A stretch of DNA of 64,000 nt. Origin: the human T2T-CHM13v2.0 reference genome, Homo sapiens. The notes under the pieces are model-generated. The model was not told where the DNA came from and did not search any database. It was given only the letters and a program-made list of their open reading frames with translations. A program made the position numbers and the translations under genes. Of this stretch, positions 1 to 15,790 are shown in pieces (within the stretch, counting starts at the first letter, position 1; the number at the start of each line of letters is the position of its first letter). Location: the NCBI RefSeq assembly GCF_009914755.1, contig NC_060929.1. The stretch is one strand, 5' to 3'.

Positions 1-317
1 TATTCATTTAAGATACAAACGGCATCTTCTCATTATTACATGTTTTCATATTTCTGCACTAAGTTCCTTTACTGTGTTTATTAAGGCAAATAAATGTTTG
101 GTGAATAAGAAAAAATAAAAGCACAGTGTATTGATCATTTGTAGTTAGAAACTATGCAAATTTTAGAAAATTGAGTTTTTAGGCTAAATCAAAGTGATCA
201 CTTAGGTTAAAATGATTAGCCTAATGCAGAGAATCTGCAATCCCATTTCTTTTCTTTTATAAGAATGAGACTAGGACAGGAGCGAAAAAAGATTGGAAAT
301 TAAGACGCTCTGGGGTT

Positions 318-488
318 CCAACCATGTTGTTGCACATGACAGATTTCATTCTTTTTTATGGCTGCATAATATTCCATTGTGTTTATGTACCACATTTTCC
401 TTATCCATTCATCCATTGATAGACATTTAGATTACTCCAAATCTTGGATATTGCATATAGTGCTGCATTGAACATGGGAGTGCAGATG
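318..488 (-). mobile_element. Old L1M (L1MA/MB-like) ORF2-end/3'UTR fragment
   Basis: Typical antisense L1 text: ccatgttgttgca...tttcattcttttttatggctgcataatattccattgtg...gaacatgggagtgcagat. Confidence 0.8.
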
Positions 489-707
489 GGGTCTTTTTAA
501 AGATGGTTATTAGTGGAGAAGAGAGAGGTCAGGTGACAAGATGAAAGACACTCCTTTTCACAATCAGGATCAGAAAGAAAATTTTAAAAACTGCATGAAA
601 AGAATATTACAAAATGTTAGGCTTAGTTAAATATAAGAGCATAAAAAATTTTGGATACAAAATAGCTCCTATCAAGGACCATGGAGAATGGAACTTGCTT
701 CCAGAGA

Positions 708-709
<2 letters not shown>

Positions 710-757
<48 letters not shown>
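710..757. repeat. (CA)n microsatellite, about 24 units
   Basis: Uninterrupted CA run; source of the spurious CVCVCV ORFs. Confidence 0.98.
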
Positions 758-759
<2 letters not shown>

Positions 760-1552
760 CGTATAGATAGATACAAATACATTCCATACGTAAAAGTGGA
801 CACATGCGCAAATACCCACTTATATTACCTTACGTGATTTAAAGTACAGTGATGGAAATGGTACCAGCCACTATCCTGGCATCTTCCTTCTCTCATAAAA
901 TATGGACACAGCATCTTCATTCAACTACACAGAGGTCTCATGTTACTTTCTTGTACTGCTAGTCAGGTTACGGATAGAAATCAAAGTAAAAGGAAGCAAT
1001 ATGAGGGCTGCAAAACAAACGACAAGATCAATCTTGACTTTCTTTTTAAGTCTAAAAAGAAAAAGAAGCCTTGATCAATCAACACGTATTTATTGAGTGA
1101 AAAATCTCATTAAAATCTTAAATGTTAATTTTGACCCAAGAATATTTTTACATCCTTTTAATTAGACCTCTAAGAAAATGTATTCTATTTGTGTGCTCTT
1201 ATAGGCTAGTATAACATTAATCACAAGTGTCTTGGTAGATGATCTTATGCAATATGTTTTTTTCTTCTTGATAGAAAATACCACTTTCTTTTATGTCTGT
1301 TATGAGTAATTCAGTATTTGACTTTTCTAAAAAAAAACTTTTTAGTATCATAGGTAAGAATAATAAATGAGCTCTAAAAACCCCAGAACAAGTTGAGAAG
1401 GGAATTAAGCAAATTATTCTTGAGTCATTTTCTTTTTGTACTCCAGTTACATCTTAATCAGTTTAAGTTATTTTGGAGGTATAATTTTCTTTTGTAAGCA
1501 CTAGCACCCCAAATGAGAAAGGCATTTATAAATATATAGCCATTTATTTCTG

Positions 1553-1778
1553 TATGGTGACCACAGTTAATACTAATGTATTTGCATATTTCAAAATTGC
1601 TAAAAGAATTTTTCCCACCCTCACCAAAAAAAAGATAAGTTGGTGAGGTGATGAATATGTTATTTAGCTTAATTGAATCTTCCTACAATGTATAAATAGA
1701 TTGAAACATCACATTTTACCCCATAAATACACACAATTATTTTTCTCAATTAAAAATAAATTAATAAAAAATAAAAGT
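1553..1778 (+). mobile_element. L1MA-like 3' terminus with A-rich tail
   Basis: atggtgaccacagttaat...tatttcaaaattgctaa...gtgaggtgatgaatatgt...catcacattttaccccataaat, followed by A-rich tail. Confidence 0.8.
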
Positions 1779-3114
1779 TAACAAATAATAAATAGACATT
1801 TTTGTGGCTTGAGGTTATTCAAGTTTTCCAAGATGTTTAGCCAGTAGGAAATTATTTAGCTATTGAAATAATTGGCTGTTATTTCAAAATAGAAATAGAG
1901 ATTATATAAAATTGACTTGCTTACTCTGTTTTGACTGTTTTATTCTCAAAACATGTAGGAGCTCCTCTGAGAACAGGTTAAGACAAACTATGAACATAGT
2001 CTTTTCTAAAGCTTGAATTTGTATGGGGACTAAATTCCTACTTTAAAACTTAGGGTAGCAAATTTTAAAAAATACAATCAATATGAAGAAAAGTTGTGGT
2101 ATAAGCAAAGGAAAACTGCCTGGTACTGGTTAGAGAAGCAACAGGAATCGTGAAGTGACCAGGAAAAGATAGGCCAATATTTGCTAATATGAATAGTGTA
2201 CTAGGCTTTCAAAAACAATATAGAAGTCCTGTGTTTCATTTAGTGAGTTAAAACCCTCTCAAAATGTCATAGAAACAATCTAACAAGGCTTCTCTTTCTC
2301 TAGTTTTTCACAGTAACAAGGTTAATCTAACCGTGAAATAACAGTGAATGCTTTCACAATTAAAGTTGTAAAATACATAAACCAACAGCTAATTAATCAG
2401 CCCTAAGGTCACTATATTGCTTGTGGTAAATTAGTAATAGCAAAGATTCATGGTAGAGAGAGAGAAATGACAGGTCATGCTCTGTGAGTTTCAATTTTAA
2501 CTAGCAAAGACTGTCAGAGTTATATCTAAGCTGCAGTAGACTCTTTTTTTTCTTTTCAACAGCAGTGGAAGCTTGACTAGCATGAGAAACAATTATATTC
2601 TGAACATATTTAGAAAGCTCAAGTAACGATATCTTTTGTAGTTTTTAAATATGAGAAGAGACAATGAAAAAAATAATCTTACTTGGGTTTTGAATTTCTC
2701 TGCCACATAGCATTTCATCAACTTTTTCATGAAAGAAAGGCTGAGTTAAATACATGAAGCAAGCTTACTAGAGGATTTATTTAACCTTTAAAGCATTGTG
2801 GCATAAAAATGTCTTACTTGCCATATTTTTATGCATGCCCACTTCCAATTAACATACTGCTCAAGAAAAAGACAGATGAGAATCAGAAAGAGAAAGAGGG
2901 AGAGAAGGAGAAAAGAGAGAGAGAAAGACAGTAACTACATGAAATTAACAATATGAATATATTTTTGGAAATCTTTTTGTTTTAGTTATAGAAGCTGAAA
3001 TTAATAGTTGCAAACCCTTATTTCCTTGAGGGAGCGTATATTTGGCATCCTAAATTAAAGGAAAGAAAGATAATATTTCAGGTGTATTAATGTAGTCTTT
3101 TTAACGTTACCATT

Positions 3115-3149
3115 GTATATATACATATATATATATATATAGTGTACTT

Positions 3150-3188
<39 letters not shown>
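3115..3188. repeat. Compound (TA)n/(TG)n microsatellite
   Basis: Seen directly. Confidence 0.95.
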
Positions 3189-3190
<2 letters not shown>

Positions 3191-4049
3191 CCCAAGCACA
3201 ATACTCCCCTACAAAAAGAAAGAAAAAATGTGAAAAAAATTGCCAAGTTGCATATTGTAAATAAAGTTAAATATGGAACAATGGCAGGGCACACTGGGGT
3301 TATTGATAATAAGAATTGATGTCTAGAAGACTGTTGGCTGTTAGTATACAATATGAATTTTGAAACTGTAAAGAGTTTCCAAGACTGAGATCAAAATACC
3401 TGTACACATTATGGTATAGCTGTACTTTAGAACTAATTTGGTGATTGTCAAAAAGAATTGGGCAGCTACATGGATATAGATATGAAAAATGTTGACCATA
3501 ATTTATTAAGCAAAATGACATTGTTAAAAAATTATTATAGTATGGCTCCATCCATTGAGGAAACTGGAAACAGTAAGCAAACTATAATAAGATATTGATG
3601 TTTTTAAGATCAAATTAATGGGAACAGTAAAGAAATTAGAGCATCTAGAGGGAAGAGATTTGAGTTCAACAGAAATAATGAAGAATCTAAGCCATTACAG
3701 TACAGTATTTGTGGATTTGGCGAGAGAGATAATACATCCTCAAAGGAAGAGGAAGAAAAACACACATAGCCATAGCATACTTAATTTTTAATTTAGTGAG
3801 TGATTGCTTAGTTTGTTAAATGGTAGAATTGCAATTAGAATTCAGGGGTATTTTATAATCAAAATTAAGGGTTGCTTTCTAATCAAAATGTAAAAGTTAT
3901 TCCAGATATCACCTATAAGGCATATAAAATTTTTAATATTAAAAAGAATAGGAGAGAAAATAACAACAAACTGACTCATAAACCCAGATAATTTTCTGAT
4001 TATAATTGAAACAAAACAAAATTTAAAATAAGATGACAACATTTTAGAA

Positions 4050-5190
4050 ATATATCAAAAGAAATGTAAAAGCATCTTGAGAAGCTGATTCTCAATTTTT
4101 TATGGAAATTTCAAGAAACAAGAAAAGATTTTTTTAACTATTAACTTCATTTTTTTTAACTTTGAGTATTTAACTTAAGAAGTTAAGACTACTGGAAGCA
4201 CAACAAATTTGAAGGAGTTGATCTGTCAGATAACAGAATTCTTATAAAGTTTGAATAATTAGTATAATTGAAACAAAGATAGTCTAACAGAAAAATTATG
4301 CATGTACAGAAGCACATCCAAACATATAGAGACACTTAGTATTTGACTTAGGTGGCATTGCAGATTTATTTGATTGATTGTTTTTAGTTTATTTTATTGA
4401 TTTGCTTTGTTTACTTGTTTGATAGGAAGGAAGGAGGAAGAGAGGGAGGGAGAAAGGGAGAGAAAGAGGGAGGGAAGAAGAAAGGACAGAGAGGAAGTGG
4501 AGTGAAGGAAAAGGGTGAGGGAGGAAGAGGCGGAGGGAAAGTCAGATAATGCTAAGTTGCTGAGGATGTGGATCAATGGGAACTTTCATGTATTGTTGGT
4601 GAGAGTGTAAACTGGAAAAAAATTAAGTTATTTGAGTTATAAATAATGTATATCTTAACACCTACACACCTAAAGATATACCCTAGACTGAAGAAATGCA
4701 TGAGTATGTTTGTGTACAAATATACTTTAGGCAGCTTTGTTAAAGTTTTACCCCCAAACTTGAAACAACAAAAGTATTCCTCTGTGTTAGAAAGGATAAA
4801 TAAACTGTCCAATATTCACATGTGAATCAATAGCCATTACAATGGGTAAACAATATCTTTCTACAAACAATATGGATTAATCTCACAAACATCATAGTAA
4901 ATCAAAGAAGCAAGGCAAGGTAATACATTTCACAACTGATAACATTGTAAAGAAAAGTAAATGAATTATTTTAAAAGCTTGGTTAATAATTACTTCTAGC
5001 AGGGAAATAGAAATTTAAGTCAAGAAAAGTGAGATGGAACCTTCTGAGTTAGTAGTATTTTTCACTTTATTTTTATTTGGGTGATGAGTTATTTGTTTTA
5101 TAGCATTTGTTAAACCTTGTATTTGTTATATACTTTTTCTGTATGTACATTACATTTTACAAAGAAAGAAAGTGTTAAAATAAAAAGAAC
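4050..5190 (+). mobile_element. Highly decayed L1ME-like ORF2 end/3'UTR, interrupted by a purine-rich tract (about 4423-4540)
   Basis: gaagctgattctcaa...; ttgctgaggatgtggatcaatgggaactttcatgtattgttggtgagagtgtaaactgg...; atatggattaatctcacaaacatcata. Confidence 0.6.
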
Positions 5191-8100
5191 ATCTATCTGC
5201 TATTTCCTAGCCCTTCAAAGTTAACTGTTAAATTTCATTGTGGTCTCCTCAAGGCAAAAAGTTATAACCCTTATTATCTTTTCTCTCTCTCTCTCTGTCT
5301 TCTCGAATATACACACATTTTAATTACAGAAAACAGATTAAACTTTATGTACTGTTCAGTACCTGAATTTTTCCTTCCTTAGATATCTATCTCTTAAGGC
5401 ATTCCATATCAGGGCATACAAATTTTGAATACAAAATTATATAAATCTTCATGTAGATGTAGCACAATTTATTTAACCACTTCTGTATATTTGAGCATTT
5501 CAGTCTTACTCAGATATTTTTCCATCAAATAATGTTGCCATTAGTATAGTTTTATATAAAATTAGGTGACACTTCACCAGTGTATTCATGGGGTTTGCAC
5601 TGGAATTACTGGGACAAAATTTTATATTGTCATAAATGTTGCCAAATTGGCTTCTAAAATGGTGGCACCAATGTCCTTTTCTGACAAGAAAAGGATAAAG
5701 AAAACCCATGAAATTTTTGGAAAATTTCCTGGAAACTCTTAATCTTTGAAGAGTTAAAAGACCTTTGGAATTTCTTTCATATTTATAAATACAAAATGTT
5801 TTAGAGTGTCAAAGTAATTGACAAATTCTTTAGTTCCTAAAAAATCATTATCAGATTAACTATATTATAGAAATATTAAGATAATTAAGTAATGTTTAGG
5901 TATAGTTTATAACACTAGACAAGATTTATGATTCCCTTGGGTGAAAGATAAGAGAAATGGTACTCTTATACACTTCTTAGCTTTTCTCTATCCATAACCT
6001 ACTCTCTTATTATTGTATTAGCAATTGACAAGGTTTAAACTATGTTTGTTCTACTTTATAATTATGATAATGATTTTCAGAGGACTTAATTATATGTACC
6101 ACAAATATGTTTTTACCATGGCATCTTCATTCTTCAGGCCCTTATTTTAATTCATCGTTTGGATGCTTGTATTTTATTGTTAAGCACTGTTTTGCAGTAC
6201 GGTACTATAAGTAATTCTACTTGCATTTAAGGGAAACCTAAAAGTTGCAGCACATATGGGCCAATGGAATCTGACACTATAGTTGTGAATTTCTCAATAG
6301 GGAGTGAAAACTGCAATGAAAATAAAAGCTAAGCTGTCAAAACATTTAAGGTTGATCATTATATCTATATTTGCAGGAGTTAAAAAAATACCACTAGTTA
6401 TCCACAGCTTTCTCTTCTCACCTATTCTCTTCTTTTCTTTCCTATTACTGTTTTCCTAGTCAATATATGTTACATGTATATATTCATTTATATATGACAT
6501 ATATAAAAATAAGTCATTTTGTGTAGTTTTTATTATTAAAAGGATTCTAGTTTTCAATGATTTCGTAATTCTGATTGACCCTCCTACTTTAGATATTTCT
6601 TCTCAGTCGAACAGAAAAGATACAATGATCAAAAAGTAATAAAAATATAATTTAACAAAATTCCAGTTCTAAAACAAACAAAATCTGGACCAACACATAA
6701 TTATGTCAAAGGATAAAGCCTCATTTTGTGTGAGTGTGTTTTCCTGCCTAAGGGCCAGCAGTAATTGCTCTCATACATTCAGTTAGAACGTTATGCCAGA
6801 GAATTCTTGTGGGACACTCCTAAAATGAAGCTAAAATCGTTAATAAACTTGCAGTACTCTTTTGCATAAAGCTACTTGAAGTACTGTTTTGCATAAAGCT
6901 ATAAAGCTGAGATGATATTGGGCAAATGTCTTTCTTACCCAGAGAAACTGATTCTGTTTTATTTTTATGCATGTCTTGGAGTTCAGATATTTACACACTC
7001 ACACACACACACCATCCCAATGTATAACTAAATCAGAGGTGCAGTAAATCTATCTCATTAGTAAGAGTAAAAACAGTTTTGCTTGGCTTCTATTCACCTG
7101 TATAATGTGATTTCTTGAAGAATGAGATCTTAATTATTATGATTTATTCAGCATAGGAGTTCAAAGTTGCAGATTTTACATTTTGGTTTGAAAATTCAAA
7201 AAGGCCTTTTTCTGGGGAAAAAAGCCATTTCTATGATTACTTTATGACATACAGTTCACCTGAAAATTGAGTATATATAGCAAGTACATTTTTTATTTTA
7301 AAAAGTGAGCTTGCCTTGCTTTCTAACCTCATTCTTTTTTACATTTGATCCCATCTTTTCGTCCTTTCCACAGCTTTAATAAAATGGGAGATGAATGAAA
7401 ACTGTTTGCAGACCTGATTATAAAGCAGTGAGCATTTCCTGTATGGGCACACGCACATATGAATCACTGCGCAAATGGATCTTTGATTACGCCTATGGCT
7501 TTATGCAAGTTATGATTTGTGATATCAGTGAGGCCCAGAAATCATTTTCAATATTTTCATTGCAGTGCAGATCAAACCTACTATGGAAAAACAAGTCAAG
7601 TGTTGTGCTAGCTGGTTGCTCTCCCTATCATTAACGGAGCATTTTTGGAGGTCCCCTTTTATTCATGTCAGCTGTATGGTTTAATTTAAAAGTAATTCCA
7701 AGCATTTAACACGCTTCCTTCATTTTAAAGAGTACTTCTTAAAAATGAAAAGGATTCAATCCCTTTTTGGAGGCAGACAGAGGGTACAATATAAATGTAA
7801 GTCCCATCAGTGCAGGTCTGATGGTTTCTGATTTAAATAGTTTTTATTAAATATGAAATGTCCAAATTACCTAATCATTGTCTCCTGTAAGATAAACATG
7901 GTTTTCCCAGGCCTTTCTCCAGAGTCTTATCTCAGAGCTGCAGGATGTCAGTTGATAGCGTTGCCTTCATGTTAGACAAGCAGACAAAATAATTTGATTG
8001 TACTGCTTGCCATGTTGTTCTAAGCAGTTCTTTAAGAACTAAAACCACTTTGTTTCTGGTGGCATGACAAAGCCCATTACTTTCATTTTTTTGAACTCCT

Positions 8101-8491
8101 TAAAAAGCTTCAACATCAATAAGACTGCTTTCAGAGCACACTGGTATAATGTGTCTAGTCTTGTCTAGTCTATCCGTCCAGAGGTAGACATAAAACAAAA
8201 GTTAGGATGCTAGGAAAAACGTTTTTCATGCTGCAAAAACATGGCAAAATTACAGGTAATTACTTTTTAAACTGACAATCACTGAAGAGAGTGTTTAAAG
8301 TTAAATTTTGAATAAATTATTCAAAAACCTATAAACCTATATCCAGATGCTGGCAGTAACTTCTGTTCTGTTTGAATAATACTTTGCAATGGTTATACAA
8401 ATAGGAACAATGAAAAAATGATCAAAATAATCTTTACCATTATCTTCTGTGGGTAAGAGTGAAATGCTTTAATTTTTAAAACCTTAAATGA

Positions 8492-8796
<305 letters not shown>

Positions 8797-10154
8797 GATG
8801 TCTTCTAATTATTTAACACTTACTGGAAAGGAGCACAGAAAATGTAAATAATGAACTTAACATAATGAGACCTTTGTTTGAAGTAGCAGGATAAGTTAAG
8901 TGATTGAGTATATCTACAGGGTATATGTGAAGAAATAAAGGTCCTGGCATAAATTGATTTAAATACAAGTTCAAGGTCAGGGACATCTATTTTGTGACCA
9001 TGTACAATCCATACTTTCTAACTCTTTTGTTTCCTAATTTATAAAATAAGAATATAGAATAGCTACATGAAGATAGGTTTGAGGATAAAATTAGATCATC
9101 CAGTCATCTAGCTCTGCATTAACACTAATGGACAGAAACCAGCATGGTCTCTGTGTTCAGGGAGCTTAGATTCTAGTTGAAAGAGAACAAAAATCAAAAT
9201 CAAATCATTTTATAGATAACTGTAAAATCATGACTGCGATAAGAACTGTTAACAAGAGCCACATGATTTCATGAAAGTTTGTATTAGGAATAGTTTGATG
9301 CACTTAGGAAGATTAGAAAATATTTTTATGAGAACAAAACTGTTCTGCTGTAGTTTGATTGAATTTATTGGGTAAATAAAAAAAGAAAAAAAAACACTCC
9401 AGGTCGAGGAACTTCATATATAAACATGCTGTATCAGGGGTCCCTGAAAGACTAAATAATATAGAGAAAAGGCAGAATATAGTGAGATATGAGATAGAAA
9501 ATGAGTAGATTGCACAGGGCTCCAGAGGATGCTCTAAAGACTTTTGTCCTGATCCCTTCAAGAGACTCCTTTGAAAGGATTTAGAAAGAGAGATGGTTTC
9601 CAATCTGCTGTTAGAAGAGACCAGTCTGAACCACCATAGAGGAACTGAACTTGAACTTGCATTGTAAATGTTCAAACACCACTAATGCTAGTTGTGCAAT
9701 TCTAGTTTTGCTCACCATCCTTCTCATTGCCAAACTCTGCAGAAAATTTTACCTGTTTTCCTCTTTTTACTTACTTTCTTTTTATTTCTGAGTTAGGGAC
9801 AGGACTAATGTAGATGTGATTAAATTAAACAATTTTAAATAAGTGTCAAATTCTTGGTGCAATGACAGGATAGGACCGATTTTTCAAGAAGAAAGACCAT
9901 TAAATGGTTCTTAGATTTAGTATAAATGTTCTTTAAGGAAAAATAATTCTTGTACTTCAACACAATAGTAGCCCTACTCTTATTATGAAAGTGCATTATG
10001 ATAAAGCAGCTATGAAGTAATATGTTTGAATGAAGTTGTATTTAAAATTTAAGATAAGAAAAAGTTACATTATGCTTAAGATTCATTACTTACTTTGTTT
10101 AAGCTACACAGAATGTTAGAATCTCTATGAATTCATTTAACCCTCTGGGTAACT

Positions 10155-10155
<1 letters not shown>

Positions 10156-10192
<37 letters not shown>
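10156..10192. repeat. (CA)n microsatellite
   Basis: Seen directly. Confidence 0.97.
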
Positions 10193-10194
<2 letters not shown>

Positions 10195-13100
10195 CTCAAT
10201 TCTTCTGGCCTCTGCTTCAGGAACAAATGGGAGAATCATTGTAGACTATAGATTGAACCATTGCAGAAACTAGCCTTCTCCTTTAGAAATCTCTCTAGTG
10301 TCCTCCTTTAAGAGAAATCTTCATTGCGGCCACTAAATAGCTGTAAATGGTGAAGTTACCCAAACCTCTCAGATACAGAATCTTCATCTGAATAATGAAG
10401 GCACTCAGTGGAAATGGCCAGTAAGGTCCTTCCAACGTGGTGCTATTAGAGACCCTTTAAATTGGGATTATGAAAAGACTCTCAGTGAGCTGCTGTTGAG
10501 AGAGCCATCAAAACTCTCTCCTTCTGTTCATCTGAGTGCCAAAATTATAAAACAGCACTTCAGGGAAATTGCCAACAAATTGTATCATAATGAATATACC
10601 TTTTTCCTCCTTAGTAGCAGGTACCTCTTCAAGTTTAAATTTTTCAAGGTATATCCCACAAAACTGTTTATATCCATCAAATTACAGTTACCAAGAATAA
10701 CTGTCTTACTTTTTCACTACTGTGGATGTATGCCTTTTATAATAGAAAACATAAGGTGGGTTTTGTGTTTTTCTTTTTTTTTTAAACCTGAATTGGTGTG
10801 GGCATCTGGTTGAAAGGTGTTTCTCTTGCTTCATCTCTAAGTACTTGACTAACTTCTTAATTCTGAGGGATCAACACTAATTTCCAGTGTTTACCAGCAA
10901 TCATCGATGACTAGCAGTTAAAAAGCCATCAGCCCTGTCACATTTTTCAAAGAACAGAATCCGTTTCCAGATGGCCCTTCATTTGGCTAATGGACAGCCT
11001 AAGGGGATATAAATGTCACCTGTTGTAGCTAGTCAACAGTATTAATAAAAACACAAAAATAGACCATTCAGCAGTGGCAGCAACCCAAAAATGTATTTAT
11101 GAGTTTCTTTATTGAGTTAATTTGCAATAATCAACATTTTCACATTTTAAAGTTTCAATTCTTTCTCTTAATTTTCCCAAGCTATTGTTTACAAACACCA
11201 AAAGATAGACGTTAGAAACTTTAAAAAGTTGTTTTCAAAGGGTCAGACATTTTAAAACATTTGTACCCCAGAAAACAAATAAATAGTATTTCTCTTGTGA
11301 AAGATAACTGTCACATAAGTAAGCATACCTATACAGGTATATATTTTTTGAAACACTGGTTAAGATGTGAGCAATTTTACCTTTGCTAATTCATCTTCTA
11401 CTAAATTACATCTTACAAACTATAAGGCAATACAACTCAATTGCTATTTCTCAATAGGCTGGGTTTTCTTTTCCCCCTTCTCTGTCTCCAGACAAATGAT
11501 GCCATCTACTTGCAATGTGTTCTCAACTTGGTAAAATTTCTTCTGATTGTAAAGATCCAGATCACAGGTTCCCATTATCAAATGACCATTGTCTCTATAT
11601 GCCAGTGACTGACAGGGCCACAGGTGCTCAAAAATGAAATGAATGGATGACTAACCCATTGCAAGGGGATTTTACTGAAGTCGTCTTTTCAAGTCATCCG
11701 CTGAGATGACAGTGTGGAGGATGTTGTCTAAATTATAGGAGGACAAACTAAAATCATAAAAGTATATGTTAAATTCTTACTTTTTCTTTTAATTTATATG
11801 GAAAATTTATATTTTAATGAACATAAAATAGAGAAATGTAACAGGCAGTATACATTTAAAAAGTCTGCTAGAAAGAAAACAAGCCAAAGCCTCTTAGCCT
11901 ACTCTACATTTCTAGTTGTTTATTTCAGTGAAGTCAAGACATGCACATTCCGTAATTTCCATGTTTTATGGCATAAAATATATTCTAAAAATTACATCTT
12001 ACATATTTCAAAAAATCAAATTATCTTTGATTTCCTAGCTTTCTAGTACATTTTGTTCTTAAAAATCGTAGAGTAATTTGAAAGCAAATGTCAACAATAT
12101 GCATGCATAATATCATTATCTCTAGCACCAGCCTTAAGGGACATGGTAAGAGTTCAACAAGTCTTCATAGCTCACTGAGCAAGTCACTAGCAAAAAATTA
12201 AAGTAACATTTTTCTTCCAGGCTTGATTATGATGCCCATGTCCACTCAATCACCTTTAATCATCAAAAGAAGCATAATTAACAGTGGGAGATGGTCTTAC
12301 CAATAGTTTCACATGTAAGGAAAAACCCACAAGATTAAAAACTAATTCAGATAGTCACACAATTATATTTACTGTGAATTCAAACAGTGCTTTATGAATA
12401 TATTGCTTTCTTTTTTATATGTGTCTAAAAATAAGTAATAAAGGACTCAGAGACAATTTTAAATATAATTTGAACAATAGGATCTTTGCAGAGAATGTAA
12501 AATTGTCTTAAAGTAAGATTTCAAACATAGTATTACACAGGCAGGAACGTGTCTCTTAGTTGAAATCGAAAAGAAAAAACAGCCCCTATATTGGCATTTT
12601 ATTTTGTGTATCTTAGAAACAGTATAGTCCAAAGTAATTGACCAAGAACCTTTGTCCAATTTCTTATTGCATTCTTAGCAAATTCAGTAAAAACATTTCA
12701 AATGATAATATTTAAGCAATTTTCCAAAAATATTTATTTTGGGTCTTGTAGTACATCAGAATAACAGGTCCTGAATTGATTAGTTATCTCTTTTCTACTT
12801 TTGTCTAAAATTAAAAAGTAAAGCCTAAAATCTAATTTAATCTTTTTTATTGTTATGAAGCCAAATAGTTATTAATGCACTTAACTGAAACGGAATCCTA
12901 GAAAATAGGCCTAACACAATACCTCAAATCCATTATTTTTCATGTGTATTCAAAACAACTTCTTCTTATGCATTTCTTTTTTCACTCCACCTTTTTTCTT
13001 AAAACCGTAATTATCTTTGTGTGTTCCTCTTCTCCCCCACACCTTGTACATTCAGTCTGGAAATATGTCATGTTGATTTTGCTTCTTTGGAATTCTTGGC

Positions 13101-14565
13101 TGCACAATTCTTCCTTTTTATCGCCACTGACACACTCATTTACCTGGTCTTCCATAACCAACCTTGATTTCTTTGTTTACTATTCTTTTTTATGCCCTCA
13201 GTACTTATTTTTACTTTTCATAATGTATGTATAACTTATTATATTTATTCATTAGTTCACCTACCATGTTGTAAACTCCCAGGGACAAAGCATACATTTC
13301 AATTCATAGTTTACGTACCCCATAGTAACAAGCGCTTTCCTCCACACATGTTCAATACATGTTTTTCAGGGAATTAAAAAAATGAATAGTCAGTGATACA
13401 GAAGCAGCTGCTTAATCCTGCTTTTTGCTTCAAGATCGATTTGATTATTAAAGGATATTTATTAAGCACCTACTGCATCCAGGCGTTAATCCTGGGGCTG
13501 AAGATTCAGCAATGAATATGGCAAATATGTTCCCTAAACTCAGATAACTTACATGTTGGGGAGAATACTGAAGATCAACAATAATGAAGTATTTGAGAAG
13601 TATTTCAAAAGACATATAAGAATTTATTTCCACATATTTAGAAAGTTAAATCTAAAACCAGGTCATTACTGTATTACCCAGCTAAATTAATCAATTAGCA
13701 ACAAAATTGATTCTAGAAAGCAGACTATAAATTTCACTTGTGATTCACAGTGACCTTGGACAACATCCTTGGAATATCTCCATTTAACATTGTTAAATGA
13801 GGATGATTATTTTCATAATTGACTAATCCCATGATATTGATGGTAGTTAGTGTGTTGCTTTAACTCATTTATAAGAATTTAAATTTAACGTCGTAGTGTT
13901 TTGTTACACAGATGTTCTCTTGTTAGTCCCTAAATTATTTAAAGAAATATGATAGTACATACCTAATGAGACAACAGTGTATTCATAAAAATGAGAAGGG
14001 AATGGTTACTTTTTCTTTCTTGTTTTATTTTAAAAAGTGTACCTTTATGAAAGCAATGGCTGTCTTGTTAGGAAAGTAAGTCCCCCCTGTTTCAGTAAAG
14101 TGCATTAGTGACAATTTGGCTACTATAACAATATAAAAAAGATTAGGAGAAAACTGAGGAAGGTGTAGATGAAAGGCTAGATAACTGAGATTTATTTACA
14201 TGAAGAACGAGAGTTCATATTAGCATCATACTAAATGCTATGCTGTTGAAGTTCATTATAGTGTTACCAATTATGTGATACTAGTAAATGTGATCATTTG
14301 ACCTGCATTTAATTGTAGGTAATAATTCTTGAGTAGGTGATAAATTTGCTCCCTTATATCAGTATTTGACATTACCAGGAAATGTAAGTATGTATACCAT
14401 GAACTATATGTTTAAGCATTGATACATTTATATATTGCAAAATTGCAGGTTAGCTCCTACTATGAGTGAGGCTCTGACTAGGGGCCAAGAGGAGTCAACA
14501 GTAAAATTAGGTTCACCCTTTGAGAAAGAGGCAAATACTTATTTAATGAAATGTAATGTAATCTA

Positions 14566-14875
<310 letters not shown>

Positions 14876-15080
14876 ATAATCTAATATTTTAAGTGCTTCA
14901 CCAGTTTAAACAAATTACCAAGATGGTCAATAAACCGAGTGTCATTTTTGCTAGGTTAAGAAGGATTTAGAAGCCTTCAGACAGCATGGTTTCACTTGAG
15001 ATATGCCTTGAACATTGAGTAGAATTACAAATAGAAAAAAAAAGGAAGAATATAGAAAGAAGAAATAAGATAATGCATAA

Positions 15081-15460
<380 letters not shown>

Positions 15461-15533
15461 TTAAATACTACTTTGAAATAGAAAAGTTGAAAGTGACATA
15501 ATTGTTTAAGTGAGGTATATAAGTTTGGTTGGG

Positions 15534-15790
15534 TGTAGTCAGATATGGTATAGTGAGGGACACTCACACTGGATTGCTGAAAAAATGAAGTTTATTGTTC
15601 ACAGATTTCAAAAAGAAGAGGACAGTATGCCTCACAGGGCCAATGGGAAGTGGGGGTTCCCCAGGATTGCATGTTTAACCAGCAGGTGTGGGGCAAGAGA
15701 GAAAGAGAGGGACCTGTGGGCCAAACCATTTCTTGGGGTCCAGGGTGTTACCTAGGAGGGCTTTCCCATGGCCTGATTGGATTAATTTCA
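15534..15790. mobile_element. Decayed LTR, MER21/MER77-like
   Basis: aagtttattgttcacagat...aagaggacagtatgcc...cagggcca...gagggacctgtgggccaaacc resembles the MER21-group LTRs as I recall them. Confidence 0.5.

Noticed and set aside
607-819. Cys/Val-repeat ORFs, also at 3055, 20547, 35199 and 53133
   Set aside because: Translations of (CA)n/(TG)n microsatellites
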